Below the pieces are notes generated by a model. That model worked only from the letters and a program-made list of their open reading frames with translations, was not told where the DNA came from and did not search any database. From Geosiphon pyriformis uo1 (taxonomy: Eukaryota; Fungi; Glomeromycota), in the NCBI GenBank assembly GCA_016748015.1, contig JAAOMT010000531.1:464782-528781 (forward strand): 64,000 bases of DNA. The letters run 5' to 3'. The stretch's first letter is position 1. Every line of letters begins with the position of its first letter. This document shows positions 12,978 to 25,649 of this stretch, piece after piece. The position numbers were made by a program, and so were the translations under genes.

Positions 12978-15900
12978 TTAATATATACATTGATGAAATA
13001 AATAAGTCTAGTAGCTTTACAAGGTAAGGGTTTATATTTGTTCACCAGTTCAAGCAATGAGGAATATGACTTTTTTCTTTTGTACACAAATTTGAAACTC
13101 TGGGGGGACGCCAAAATGTGATCTCATGTTTCCGGAGAAAATCATATTTGCTTTCACTAGCCACAACATGTCAGCTGAACTTTTTAGTGCCACTTTTATA
13201 AAAGGTTTAATGAATGCAGGCGTATCATTGACAATTTATTAGCCAGTTATGAATCAAATGTCCGGATTTAGTGACGCACGTTTTCTCTTGGCTGTAAACG
13301 TGTTAGTTTAAAATATAATAATCAGATTACATAAATCTTTGAATTAAAAAATAAAATAGTGGGGTACTGATATGCGTCATTGTTACATTGTACCTTTGTC
13401 TATTAAAATTGGTTATTCCAAAAAGAAAAAAAGAATTGGATTTGAGCTGCTAGAAAAGGAATGAATGAATGACTAAAAATACTTGTTGTTTTTGTGAACA
13501 TTAGAGAATGGAATTTTTAAAACTATCTTTTTTATTATTACATATGATTCGAGGATCGTGGTGAAAAATGAAAAACTTCGATCAACATTAAGGAAATTTT
13601 GTACATGTACAAATCTTTTTACTTGTTAAACAAAATAAAAAACAAGAAACAAACCATATCATCAGCACCGAATATGTAGAGATTTACGATGCATTAATTC
13701 AAATTTTTGGGAGAGGGATTGGTCGCAAATCTTTTCACACAACATCGTCGTCGTCATCGTCTTCGTCGATGGTAATTCGGTAGGATATTTTTTGAGGGGA
13801 TGAGGGACAAGATTTGATGATATTGAGTTTTATGATTGAACGTATCATTCATATGTCAAAAACATGGACTAATTTCTAAAAGTAACAAATTGAATTTTTT
13901 CATCATTACTGCTAACCTATATTACCCATTACCCCTTAGATGAAATTAAAGACTTTTTTTCCGATCGATCTTTGTTTCTCATTTTTCCGAATGTAATCCA
14001 AAAACGACTGGCCTGGCATAGATTACAAAATTGATTTGCGGATTTTCATGGAAATCTCCCGATTGGATATTTTAATTACATGCAAAATTTAAATGTTTCA
14101 CATTTTTTGATGAACTTCTCAGATGTTCCAATTGCCACATGTGTTTTTCTAAATTAGGTTATTCATTATAGTAGAAAGATGGGCTGCGTAATGGGGTCAA
14201 CTGGTTACAACTTTTATTACATTGACCACTTTTACCTTACTTAGCGAAAAAAAATCGAAGCTCGTGTTCAGTGTTCTTTGGGTACAATGGTTTTACCGAG
14301 TCTTTTTACTCGAGCGTGCATGATCAAATGGTATCAAGAATAACGAATAGAATGGTGAAAAATTTTCTTTTTTTTTTTTTTAAAATAATAAACAAATAAA
14401 TTATTCTTGGTCGATAATTTGGATTAAAACTCAAAAAAAGGTTTGCGATTCACACTTGAATCGAGGAATTATTAAAAAAAAGTTTTTTTCCCAACTATTA
14501 CATTATTGAAAATCTTTGAATCAATCATTTTGAAAAGAATTAAAAACAAAAACAAAAAACATTATTTTAAAATTAATTTTTTTTTTGAATATGCATACAA
14601 ATTAAAGTAATCAAATTTAACAACGATTAAGTTTTTTTTTTTGGGAAAATAAGGTTCATTCAAACCAAAGATAATCATTTTAAAATTTTCTAATTATTAT
14701 TAAAAAAATTTTAATCCTGCTAAAAATAATCCAATAAAGTAATTTTCATAGTATTTCATAAATAAAATTAAAAATACATTTATAATCATAATCAATCAAA
14801 AAATTTAATTCAAAAAATTTTATTAATTAAAAGTATTTATTTAATACTTTTTAATCCTTATTTAGGGTTACAAAAGAGAGATATATATATATATATATTT
14901 TTACAAAATGAAAAAAATAAGGAAGAATAGAAAAAAAAAATAAGTTTTCACAGAATTAAAATGAATATCGATTGATTTCTAACAAAAAATTAATTTTTCA
15001 TAAATTATATATTAAATAGAGATTGTAAAATCATTTTTTAGGCTAAATTGAGTGAGTGAATGAGTGAGTGAGTTGTATTTCATTTCCAATCTTGATACGT
15101 TTTTTTTTAAAAGTCTGAATTCTAAATTATTTAATGCATATACGGAAAAACTTTCAAAAAAAAACTTAATTCACGATTTCAATCACCCTAACTATATGTT
15201 TGATTAAAAATAACTTTGGGCTATTTGTGAAAAAAATGATTGTGACTCGAAAAAGAGACGCAAAACTAAATGTATTATTCTCCAGATCGGTAATTTATTA
15301 AAAACCTATAGAAAAATCTCCCAAAGAAATACCCTATCTATATATATATTCATGAAGTACAATGCATCATAATCCCCCAGAAAATCCAATAATAACATAC
15401 GTATATTGTAATGTGCTGACAAAATTTCTTAATACGCATTACTAAAATAAATTTCACTTTTTCTTTAGAAATTTTTTTAAATTATGAAAAACAATAATTT
15501 CATAAAATAAGCATCTCTCTCTCTCTCTCTCTCTCGAAAATTGAAATTTCTATTGTAATTTAAATTTTTAATAAAAAGCAGAAAACCCTTTTACGTTTCA
15601 TCTATTTCTTAATATTGTAATGCTTATGTACTACTAAAATTGTACATAAGATCATTAGAAGAAGGAAATTTCCATTGCTTAAACTGCGTCGCCAGAGCGA
15701 TGTAAGTATAGATAAATGCAACAAACAATTTTTTGGAAATGATATCTACCAGACGTTCCCACCGGGCCACGCTGAGAAATTATTTAGTTCTCAAAGGCAG
15801 GCTCGGTAACGAAGAAGAAGAAGAAGAAGAAGGGAATCCTGTGAAGCTATTGCCAACCAAGTGGCATATGTAATGTACTTTTGGTTTTTCTTGAATGCGT

Positions 15901-16171
15901 AGAATTAAGGCTGTTGTTCCACGAAAATGAATGAGTAATGTAACAAAAAATGATCCCTTTTGGAGTATGCGCAATTTTACTTGTTTCTTTGTGGGAATAG
16001 AAAAGTTGATACACATTTTCAGCCGTGACAAACATTATCTATGGCGTAATAAAATATTTGGATGTCTAATTTTTAGCGTAAAAGTTCATTCGGTTATACA
16101 TAACAAACACCGGGGAAATTAATTCTTTTGATTATCTACAGAGATTTACACACACACATTGGTAAATCACC

Positions 16172-16206
<35 letters not shown>

Positions 16207-17017
16207 TACTCTATCTAGGAGGAGTCATAAAATTTTGTAAGATGATTAATTTAATTTTTGAATGAATATGAAAATTTTCATCAAATACCTGCTTTTCTTC
16301 ATTCAGACAGATTTAAGATTGGAGGGGGGGTGGTTTCTTTATCCCTTTTGTCGGAATTTTCCTTTTTGCCGATCCTGGTATCTTTAGCCGAATGGCTGTT
16401 GACATTAGGTGTGTTGAACTGATAAAAAGATTCAAAAAATATGTATATATGTTTCAAAAACTGAGAAATAATTATTAATCTAAACTTTTTTTTTTTTTTT
16501 TTAAGAAAGCCAAGGCAAATCTCAAAGGACCAACCAAAGAAATTGGTATGCATGTATGGTATGTATGCAATGTAAATCCTCCAATCCGATAATAAACAAT
16601 GCAGATAACATTGACAAAATAGTTCATTTATTTCCGAAAATATAGTATGCGGAAAAACATTATGCATATCGTTCCCAATCAAAAAGGTTTTCAGGTTGAT
16701 CTACCGTGCATTTTTCCGTTAAATTAGCTTTTCGAGTCTCTATACTTTTTGTTGACTGGGCAAGAAGCAGTAGTCTAAACATAGTCAGCCTTCTAAGCAT
16801 ACATATCGGGGACACAGTAAGCCTATTCTAAGCCGTTCTTTTCTTAAAAAAGCTTTGGTCAACAAGCACGGACTTTTGAGCATGTGTTCTGTTTATCACA
16901 TCATTGATTTCCCAGTAAAAAGAATTACCATCCGAGTTTTATTGAAAATAATAAATTTTTTAAATGATGTTTCATCTATTCAAGAAATATTCAAAATTGA
17001 TGTTATAATAAAATTGT

Positions 17018-17062
17018 AATAATAATAAAATAATAATAATAATAAAATAATAATAATAATAA

Positions 17063-17115
<53 letters not shown>
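17018..17115 (+). repeat. (AAT)n microsatellite
   Basis: Direct sequence. Similar tracts lie at 12060-12127, 16174-16206, 23926-24010 and 43077-43133. Confidence 0.95.
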
Positions 17116-17118
<3 letters not shown>

Positions 17119-18279
17119 ATCGAACTCTCTCTATCTATTTGATGACAAACTGTATTACTAAAAAATTTATGGCTCATCGGGTTTACAATTTAGCAAGCCC
17201 ATTAATGTATCTATAACAATTATCACCTATCTATTTTGGCAAAGCAATGCAAAACGGCGTTGAAAGGCTGTGTGTCTATAGATAAAAAATTTTCAAGTTT
17301 TAATATATTAATTTAAAGTAATTTGAGGGTCGTTTAACCTTTGATATCTTACTGGTTGACATTCATGTTATTAACAAGATGTTAAAATAATCCAATACTT
17401 TTTTGAAACACAAATGAATTACAGCATTCAAAATATTTTGAACGCCCAAAAAAGTTTTCGGCATTTCGGATAGTCTATTTTACCAAGTTACAAAAAAATA
17501 AAAATAAAAAAAAATAAAAAAAGATTTATCTGGATACAAAAAAAAAATTAAAAATTCCGAAAATTTTTTCTCCGGATTTATTCCGTTCAATTAAACCACC
17601 ATCTATCAGTAAAATTTTAAAACATGAAAAAAGCGTGTTAATTGCATCATCATTTTTATGTTGTATCATACATGTGAACAGTTATTTAAATTAAGTTAAA
17701 CAATTCGTCGGAGATTTTTTTGCTGATAGACTTTTAAAAAAATATTTTTTATTGGTCCTTTTTTAATGATTATGAAGAAATTTGATTAAAAATAAAAAAA
17801 AAGTTTGTAATTAAAAGAATAATCATCTTCAAAGCGTTATGATCAAAAAAGCTTATGTGAAAAAGTGAAAGAAAAAAAAAAAAAAAAAAAACTAAACGTC
17901 AAAAATTACCTAATTTAATGATAATTAATATTTCAACTAAATTATATTTCAATCCATGATCGGAAATTTGAATTCAGCGATCTATGTGAAGGTCTGTGCC
18001 ACTATAATATGAAAAATCGGTACAGATCATAAAAAAAACTTGAATGAAGATCAAAAAATCATTTATTCTACGATGCAATATTTTGTGTAAAATGAAATTT
18101 TATTGAAACTTTATAGTCTGTAAATTTCTGAGTAGTTTAAAACCTGATCCTACAGCTATTTTTACAGCTCAAATTAAGAAAATTGAAATTTCCTTTGCCA
18201 CGATGCAACCGCAAATCTCTACCAATCACTGATCGACCTTATAAATTGTGGAGATCTGTCTTGTCTTTTATTCTAAGAA

Positions 18280-18314
<35 letters not shown>

Positions 18315-18396
18315 TTATTTATTTACAAGCTTAAAATAAAGTTTTAAATAACAATTTTTTTGTTTATCCTCAACTTCATAGCCATTTTTAATTTTT

Positions 18397-18446
18397 TACT
18401 TACTTATTTTACTTATTTTACTTAGTTACTTACTTATTTTACTTAG

Positions 18447-18493
<47 letters not shown>

Positions 18494-18510
18494 GTTACTT
18501 ACTTACTTAC
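18397..18510 (+). repeat. (TTAC)n tetranucleotide microsatellite
   Basis: Direct sequence. A related tract lies at 46115-46185. Confidence 0.95.
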
Positions 18511-20419
18511 TGAAACTATCCCTATTACGTAGATTTTCTAGGAGTGAATGATTTTAAAGGTCAATTAAATTTTTTCGATTAATATACCAAATTTGAAAGT
18601 GATTGAAAATTTTCATGAAAAAAAATGGGATCTCCTCCTTTAATTCATAATTCAATAAATCAATTGGTTTTTTCTTTCTAAAAAAAGAGAAACGAAAGCC
18701 TATCATTTATTAAGTAATTTATTAATCTGCCCCTAATCGGCACAAGTGAATTCAATTTTTTTTTTCTTTATGAATCAAAATGTGTTTTATCATTTATTCT
18801 TAATATCAGTTTCAAAATGTTAAAAATTAAATCCGATTTTTTTATTGATTGAAGAAAAAAAAAATAAAAAATAAAAAAATAAAAAATGAAAACGACTCTT
18901 CCAATATAAAAGCTTCCATTTAGGGGATATCTTAATATTTCAAGGTTTAAGATATTTTAGTCCTTATCATTAATCTTTTATTAAATCATTAATCCTCCTT
19001 TACTCCTTCCCTCCATGAATATTGATTAGAACATATTTACGTTCAGAGTTTTTTATCCGAGGAGTTCATTTACCAATTAGTAGCCAAGTTGTCCATTGAA
19101 AATTTACAAATAATTATTGGTTTAAAACAAATATATTCTTTTTAAAATTATTCAATAAAATTATCAAGTCCACTGAAATGATACTCCCTTATTCATCTTT
19201 CACTTGGTAGATATATATATATATATATATATATAGATATATATATATATTACAAATATTAATTTACGTTTTAAAGTCTCACATTCAAATTTTTAAAATA
19301 CAATATAAATATAATAAAGGCTTTAGTGTGAGTTGGGGATTTCTAAGCAATGAGTAATAAAAAGAAATCTTTGCTCCTGGGACCATGTCTCGATGATCGT
19401 GCTTTAACCTGTCGTGAATCAGAGAGGATTATATAAGGTCTCTAAAAGATAGTCTATCAGTATTTAATCACTGCTTATTTGTGTTTCTTTAAGTGATTGA
19501 TAGGAAAATTTAATAAACCTATCAAGAAATACTATTACTTTAAAGCTCGTTGAGGTGTTATTCTCAACTTAACTCAAATGATTTTTATTTTATTTTCTAT
19601 ACACTAATAAAAATTTATCACAAATTATAAAACATTTATCTTTATGACGTAAGGGAACGTTTTGAATCTATACATATATACCTTTTTTCTGATATCAACT
19701 ATATGAAATCAAAGGTGTAATAATTTCAAAAAAAAATAATAATCTTTGTACAAAAAAAGAATTTCCAAAATTTAAAACTTATTTCCACATACATCAATAT
19801 CATCATTTGATTGCATCCTAGTTCCATGTAATGTAAACGATAATCTAAATTAGAGAATATGTTAAAAATACTTTTTTTATTATTTTTTAAACTAAAAATT
19901 TATTGTTTCACAGATTACTTTGCAGTTTCTATATAATGAGTCCAACAATTCGTAGCTTTTTCTTTATTTCAACCAACTTGCCATAACAACAGTTGTGTGT
20001 GGGTTGCAAAAAAAAAAGTTATATATATATTTATTAAAAGATATTTCTCGTTTCTTTTTTGTATTCCTGGTTTAGTTAGCTTCTTTTTTTTTTTTTAGTT
20101 TCAGAGCTCTCCCAAGTCTGGATATATATATATATTTATATGCATATATCTTGAAAAAAATATTCATCATATTTACTATTCTTCTTTGTTTCTTTTTAGC
20201 ATAGTTTTTTTTTTTTTTTGTTTGTTTGTTTGATCTCTTTTTTAACCAGAATTTTTAATCTCGAACAGTTATTCTTTTTTGACCTCAAAAAAATTACATT
20301 CTTTTCCATAAATACTAACTTTTCGAATTTTCGAAAAATTACCTTTAAGAATTCACAAAAAATTTGTGCAAAAAGCCCTGAAAAAACCCTATCCTTCAAA
20401 ATACGATCCCAAAGCAACT

Positions 20420-22225
20420 ATGAGTCTCCCATCTATTAGATCTATTTTTAAACTCCCTCTCGAAAATATTGGTCCGGGTAAGCAATCAAAATTTTTTCTT
20501 AAACATTATGGAATTTTTCCGTTTGTCTGAGATTTCTTTGGAAGCCTTTAGCTGAAAAGCCTTGAGACTAGAATTTTTTTATGATATACGCCACACCAGC
20601 CTCACAGAAATTTGGGCTCAAATTTTTTTTTAAAACCCGATGATCATTTTATTGATGCAAAAAAAAAATGACAAAACTATTTGCACTACCATTTGCTTTC
20701 AAGCTTTGGCACAAACACGTAAACAAATCAGCCCGCCTATGCATCCCAAAACTGCCACTGAACAAAGCAAAGTTGCGCAATCAATCATGTTTAATAATAA
20801 TAATATGAAAGAAAAATGTTTATTTGGGTTCATAAATAAAAAAAAAAAGAATAACAACAATAACAAATAGAGAGATTGAGGGGAAAAGAGGATGATGAGC
20901 CACTAAGGTTCAACCTGAATTTGGCTTAGGCTTTCAAGAAATCTTCGATTAGCACTATCCCTTCACCCAACGGAATCCATCTTGATATTTCTAACCTGAA
21001 TTATTCATAAAAATCTTTTTTTCTAGATTCTAACCAGTTATTATCGGATCACCACTTCAAGGAGACTTCAATGATGTGCTATATGTATAGTCATCCCAGA
21101 ACTAATAGCCACCCTTTCTCTTCCTGCTGCTCAACTGCTTACTCCTCTCCACTTTCTATCTCACCATCAATTACTCCAATGTCCCAAACTCCAACTTTGA
21201 ACAAAATTCAAATGCCCCTTCCACGAAAAGAAATTCTTTCCTCTAACATTGGCAACTCTTTTATTGGAAGTTCAACTAATCAAAATAAATCAAACAATCT
21301 TCCCAATTTAGCTGGAACTCAATACGCAACAAATTTCTCTCATAATAGCAAACAATCATCATTTAATTTAAATAATATTCAGAACAGAAATCAACTTCAT
21401 CAAGGTACTCTTGGCTCTCTTCTCTCACCACCGGAATCTCCAGATATGGCTTCAAACCATCAACAGCAATCATCATCAAATACTTTCGATCATTATGGAG
21501 CTCAAATTTCTCGTCAACAACATGAGCAACAACAACGACAACAACAACGTTATGCTATCGATCAACCTCAATATAACACTCTTCCAGCGTTTACTTCAAC
21601 CGTTAAACCAGAACCAATTTATTCTTCTATAATGACTTCTGGAATTCAAGCCAACCACTATTCACCATATCCACAACAATTAATCTCTCACCCCATTTCA
21701 CAACATCCTCAACAACAACAACAACAACTACAACTACAACAACTACAGCAACGGCAACAACAATCAACTTATTCATCAACTCTTCAACCAGTTCCAAATT
21801 CAGCTTTCAATAATCGATCACTTTCACATATTAATATGCCAAGTATACAAATGATAACTGGCAATGACTCGGGTCTTAAGAGAACAGTTTCAAAGGCAAT
21901 CAATGATCAATCGACGGGTAATTCTATGATTGCAGCAGCATCATTACCATCCTCTTCATCAAATGCCAATCGCTATCAATGCCCCTATTGTTCGAAACGA
22001 TTCTCTCGCCCGAGCTCACTTCGTATTCATACTTACTCGCATACTGGTGAAAAACCATTCGTATGTTCAGAACCTGGTTGTGGACGTAAATTCTCTGTTC
22101 AAAGTAATATGCGACGACATCTTAGAGTTCATCGTTTAGGTCGATCAGTGGAAAAAGTTCGATATGATGGTGAAGTTGAGGGAGTAAAACTGATGAATCT
22201 TGGTAATGTGCTCCGAAAATGTTAG
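20420..22225 (+). CDS. C2H2 zinc-finger transcription factor, FlbC/Loz1-like; join(20420..20477,21027..22225)
   Basis: Two C-terminal fingers, [53 protein letters not shown], are typical of the Aspergillus FlbC / S. pombe Loz1 family, and the body is Q/S-rich. The upstream exon [10 protein letters not shown]... splices in frame through a GTAAGC donor and a TTTCTAG acceptor. Confidence 0.9.
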
Positions 22226-23155
22226 TCATCTTGTCTGGTAACTGACTGTAGTCATTATCAGATCAAGCATAATAATAGATCTTTCGACAAAAGACATTGA
22301 AAGACTCATTTGGCCAATGGTGGGAATTATACTGTATATATAAACATAAACTTGTGGCGAAAATCACTTTTTACTTTTTAAAAATTTTCTCTTGATATAT
22401 ATTGAATTTTTTAAAACTTATTCGATCACAGCCCATTGAAAAAAATTAAGAACGTTTCCCAAATTTTTATTCTTTGCAGAATCCCCTTTGTGAAATAAAA
22501 CTCTTTTTCAAAGCTAGTTTTCATCTCGTCATGCCATCATTTACACGTTACATAATGAAAAACAACTTTTTACCACCAGTCATATCTTCAGAAAATAATA
22601 GACACCTAGTTTATGATGATGGCAAAATATTAGACGTTTTATTCTCCGTTTATCCTTTAAAATCTTTCTATTGATGAAATATTTGAATATTTCTTTTACT
22701 TGCTCGATTTACGTTCGATTCTGTTCAATTCTGTTCTTCCAAACAAAAATTCTTTTTCGTTATGATTATCATATGGAATATGTTCTATTATTTTTTACTT
22801 TACGCAAAATTATGTTTTACTATAATGCTCCCCCGTTTCTGTTCTTTCGTCCTAGTAACTTTTTTGTTTTTCTTTATAATCCTTCATTCAAAGTTCATTC
22901 TTCAATTGTAAATTTTCTCAATTTTATACACATACATTACATCCATACATTACATCCATACATACATACCAACATACATACATACATACATACATAAACA
23001 CACGTAAAAGATACAAAAAAATACTGTGAAAATAAGAGTTTTAATTTTTACAGTGAAATAAAAGAAATGATAAGTGCAAAAAATTGATTGCAAAACCATA
23101 ATTACTCAATTTTTAATGGAGTTGACTTGGGTTATTGAAATATGATATTTATTTA

Positions 23156-24530
23156 CAAATGTATCTGAGCCGAGTGTTTTTGAGCATATTACAATAAACT
23201 AATCTTTTGTAGAATTAATATGATGAACTTGTTTGGTGCGAGTAAAATCTTTATTAATTATAGGGTAGTAAATATGAGTTTCATGTCATTCAATTCACTT
23301 TTCGAACTTTGAATTCTCGTATTTTGTTTCAAGTTCATAATTTACTTTTGTCCAATCTCAAGAACAAAGAAACTAGGTATTTGATATATTAATATTTGTA
23401 ACCTCTCGCTAAGAAAACCCAATCAGTGAAAGATATGAATATTTTTAAAATCAGGAAATTGAATTGAGTGAAAAAAACGTGTGTTTTACAAAAAAATAAT
23501 TTTTCTGCATGATAAATGGTGATTGAAATTACGCCAGCATTTTTAGACTTAAAAAAATTAAAAATTATCGGGAATTCCCATGTTTTTTGCAAGTAAACAA
23601 GTTTTTTCTTTGGTGCAGCATTTATTTTTTAAATAAAAAAAATCTTCTTTGGGCAGGTGAGAAAAAGGGCAAAAATGATTCAATGAGATGAAAATTTATT
23701 TGCCCCCCCCCCCCTATGTTATTTGAAAATTTTTCATTTAGCATTACGAAAAAAAAAACAATTATGATTTGCTTTTTGCGTTTTTTAAACTTTATTATTA
23801 TTAACCATCCCCCGTGGGCTGGTAAATCCCATTGTCGCTTTTGATATTCCGAATGGTGATTTTTGGAATTTAATTTGTCTCGAATAGAAATGATACCTTA
23901 AAAACAAGATATTTTCTTGTAGAAAGTAATAATAATAATAAATAATAATAATAATAATAATAAATAATAATAAATAATAATAATAAATAATAATAATAAT
24001 AGTAATAATAAATGATGTAATTCAGAATCGATCAGATTTTGTAAAAATCGGTTTAAAGCTTTTAATAAAAATTGCAAAATTCACTAGTCAATTAATAGCT
24101 TATCTTTTAGAAACATGTCAATAAACCACAAAATTTTTCTAAACTTGTGGGGTATAGTTAATTTTTTTTATTACATATAAATTTTGACCTGGTGAGACTT
24201 TGAGATGCTTCTATTTTTTCAAGTTAACGGGAGTAATCTGATTTGGTGATATAAACCCTTCCCATAATCGTAAAGATAAAAAAATGATATTGATATTGAC
24301 AAAAGTTCTTTCTTATGGAACAATTTTATCATCTATATATTGTAATATTTTTGGTTACCACATGATAGCTAAAGCATCAACATCAAAAATTTTCTTTCTA
24401 CAACACCCGAAAGGTGAATAGATTATCATGATAAAAATCTAAATTTCAATATCTTCCATTATTATATGACTAAAAAGTTTTCAATGTTATTTTAAAAGTT
24501 TTTACACTTTACCTTAAAACCTCTTAATCA
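23156..24530 (-). repeat. Right copy of the long inverted repeat, with a ~330-bp insertion (23901-24233) containing (AAT)n
   Basis: Reverse complement of 652-1789 in collinear blocks. Confidence 0.9.
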
Positions 24531-24616
24531 AAATATTATTTGTAAATAAGCAAATTTACTTAAATGTTTGGATATTAATTTTCTTAATCGATATCAATGA
24601 AATCTTTTTTAATTTT

Positions 24617-24618
<2 letters not shown>

Positions 24619-24696
<78 letters not shown>
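24619..24696. repeat. Poly-T tract of ~78 nt (possible minus-strand retroelement poly-A tail)
   Basis: Direct sequence. It marks the left edge of the hypermutated repeat block. Confidence 0.8.
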
Positions 24697-24698
<2 letters not shown>

Positions 24699-25649
24699 GA
24701 AAATAAAAGTAAAATCAATTAAAAATTAAAGCTAATTCAATCAAAATGTAACCAAAATTTTTTTAATTAGTTATTAAAAATATATAGTATTTAAAAATCT
24801 AGTTTTAAAAGTAAAAATAAAGAAATTATTCAAAAATTTATAAAAAAAACATAGCTAAAATATTTAATTAATTAAAATACTATTGTTAAAACTATATTTT
24901 TAACAATATAATACTTTTTATTATGGTATTAATACCATAATAAAAACAAAGTCAAATGATAAAATTAATAGCTTATTTAGTAAAATAAAACATAATATAA
25001 AATATTAATAATATGTATTTAAAAATCAGAAAATAATAAAAAATTTAAAATACTAATAATAAGTATATAACATACTTAAAATATTGATAAAAAGTCTTTA
25101 AAGCTTTAAGAAAAAAAAACATATATATCAAATTAATTAATTCAGTTGTAAATTTTTTTGGCATATTATATTTTTATAAACTATTAATTTAAATAATCAG
25201 ATTTAGATAATAAGATTTAGAATTGTAATTATATATTATTAATATTAATTGTAATTATAATCAACACAATTAAACATAAATTAATTAATTATATTTTCTA
25301 GTAACTATTTTTAAATAGTAATTACAAATTAAAAATATTAAACTACATAAATAAGAATATATAAGAATTTTAAAATATACTAAAACCTATTATTATTAAA
25401 TTATATGTGTTAATTTTTAATTTTTATTGGTGTTTTTTAGTTTATCAAGATTTTTTTATATTTAATTTAGCTAAATAATTAAATGTATCATATTTTTTTA
25501 TTATTATTAAATTAATTACTAATTTTTTATTTTTTATTTGTCAATTAATTTTATTAATTAAACATAATAATATAAGTTTTTTTACATAATTTTAATAATA
25601 ATTTTTATCGTATATATTGTAATTTTTTGTATTAAAAACCATAAAAATT

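Noticed and set aside
11939-13114. ORFs rich in poly-I, poly-V and poly-N
   Set aside because: They are translations of (AAT)n and (CAA)n microsatellites with no domain signal.
15680-16130. GC-richer patch with overlapping short ORFs
   Set aside because: No domain, splice structure or RNA-gene fold was recognised.
16980-17177. Poly-Tyr/Ile/Leu ORF
   Set aside because: It is an artefact of the (AAT)n microsatellite.
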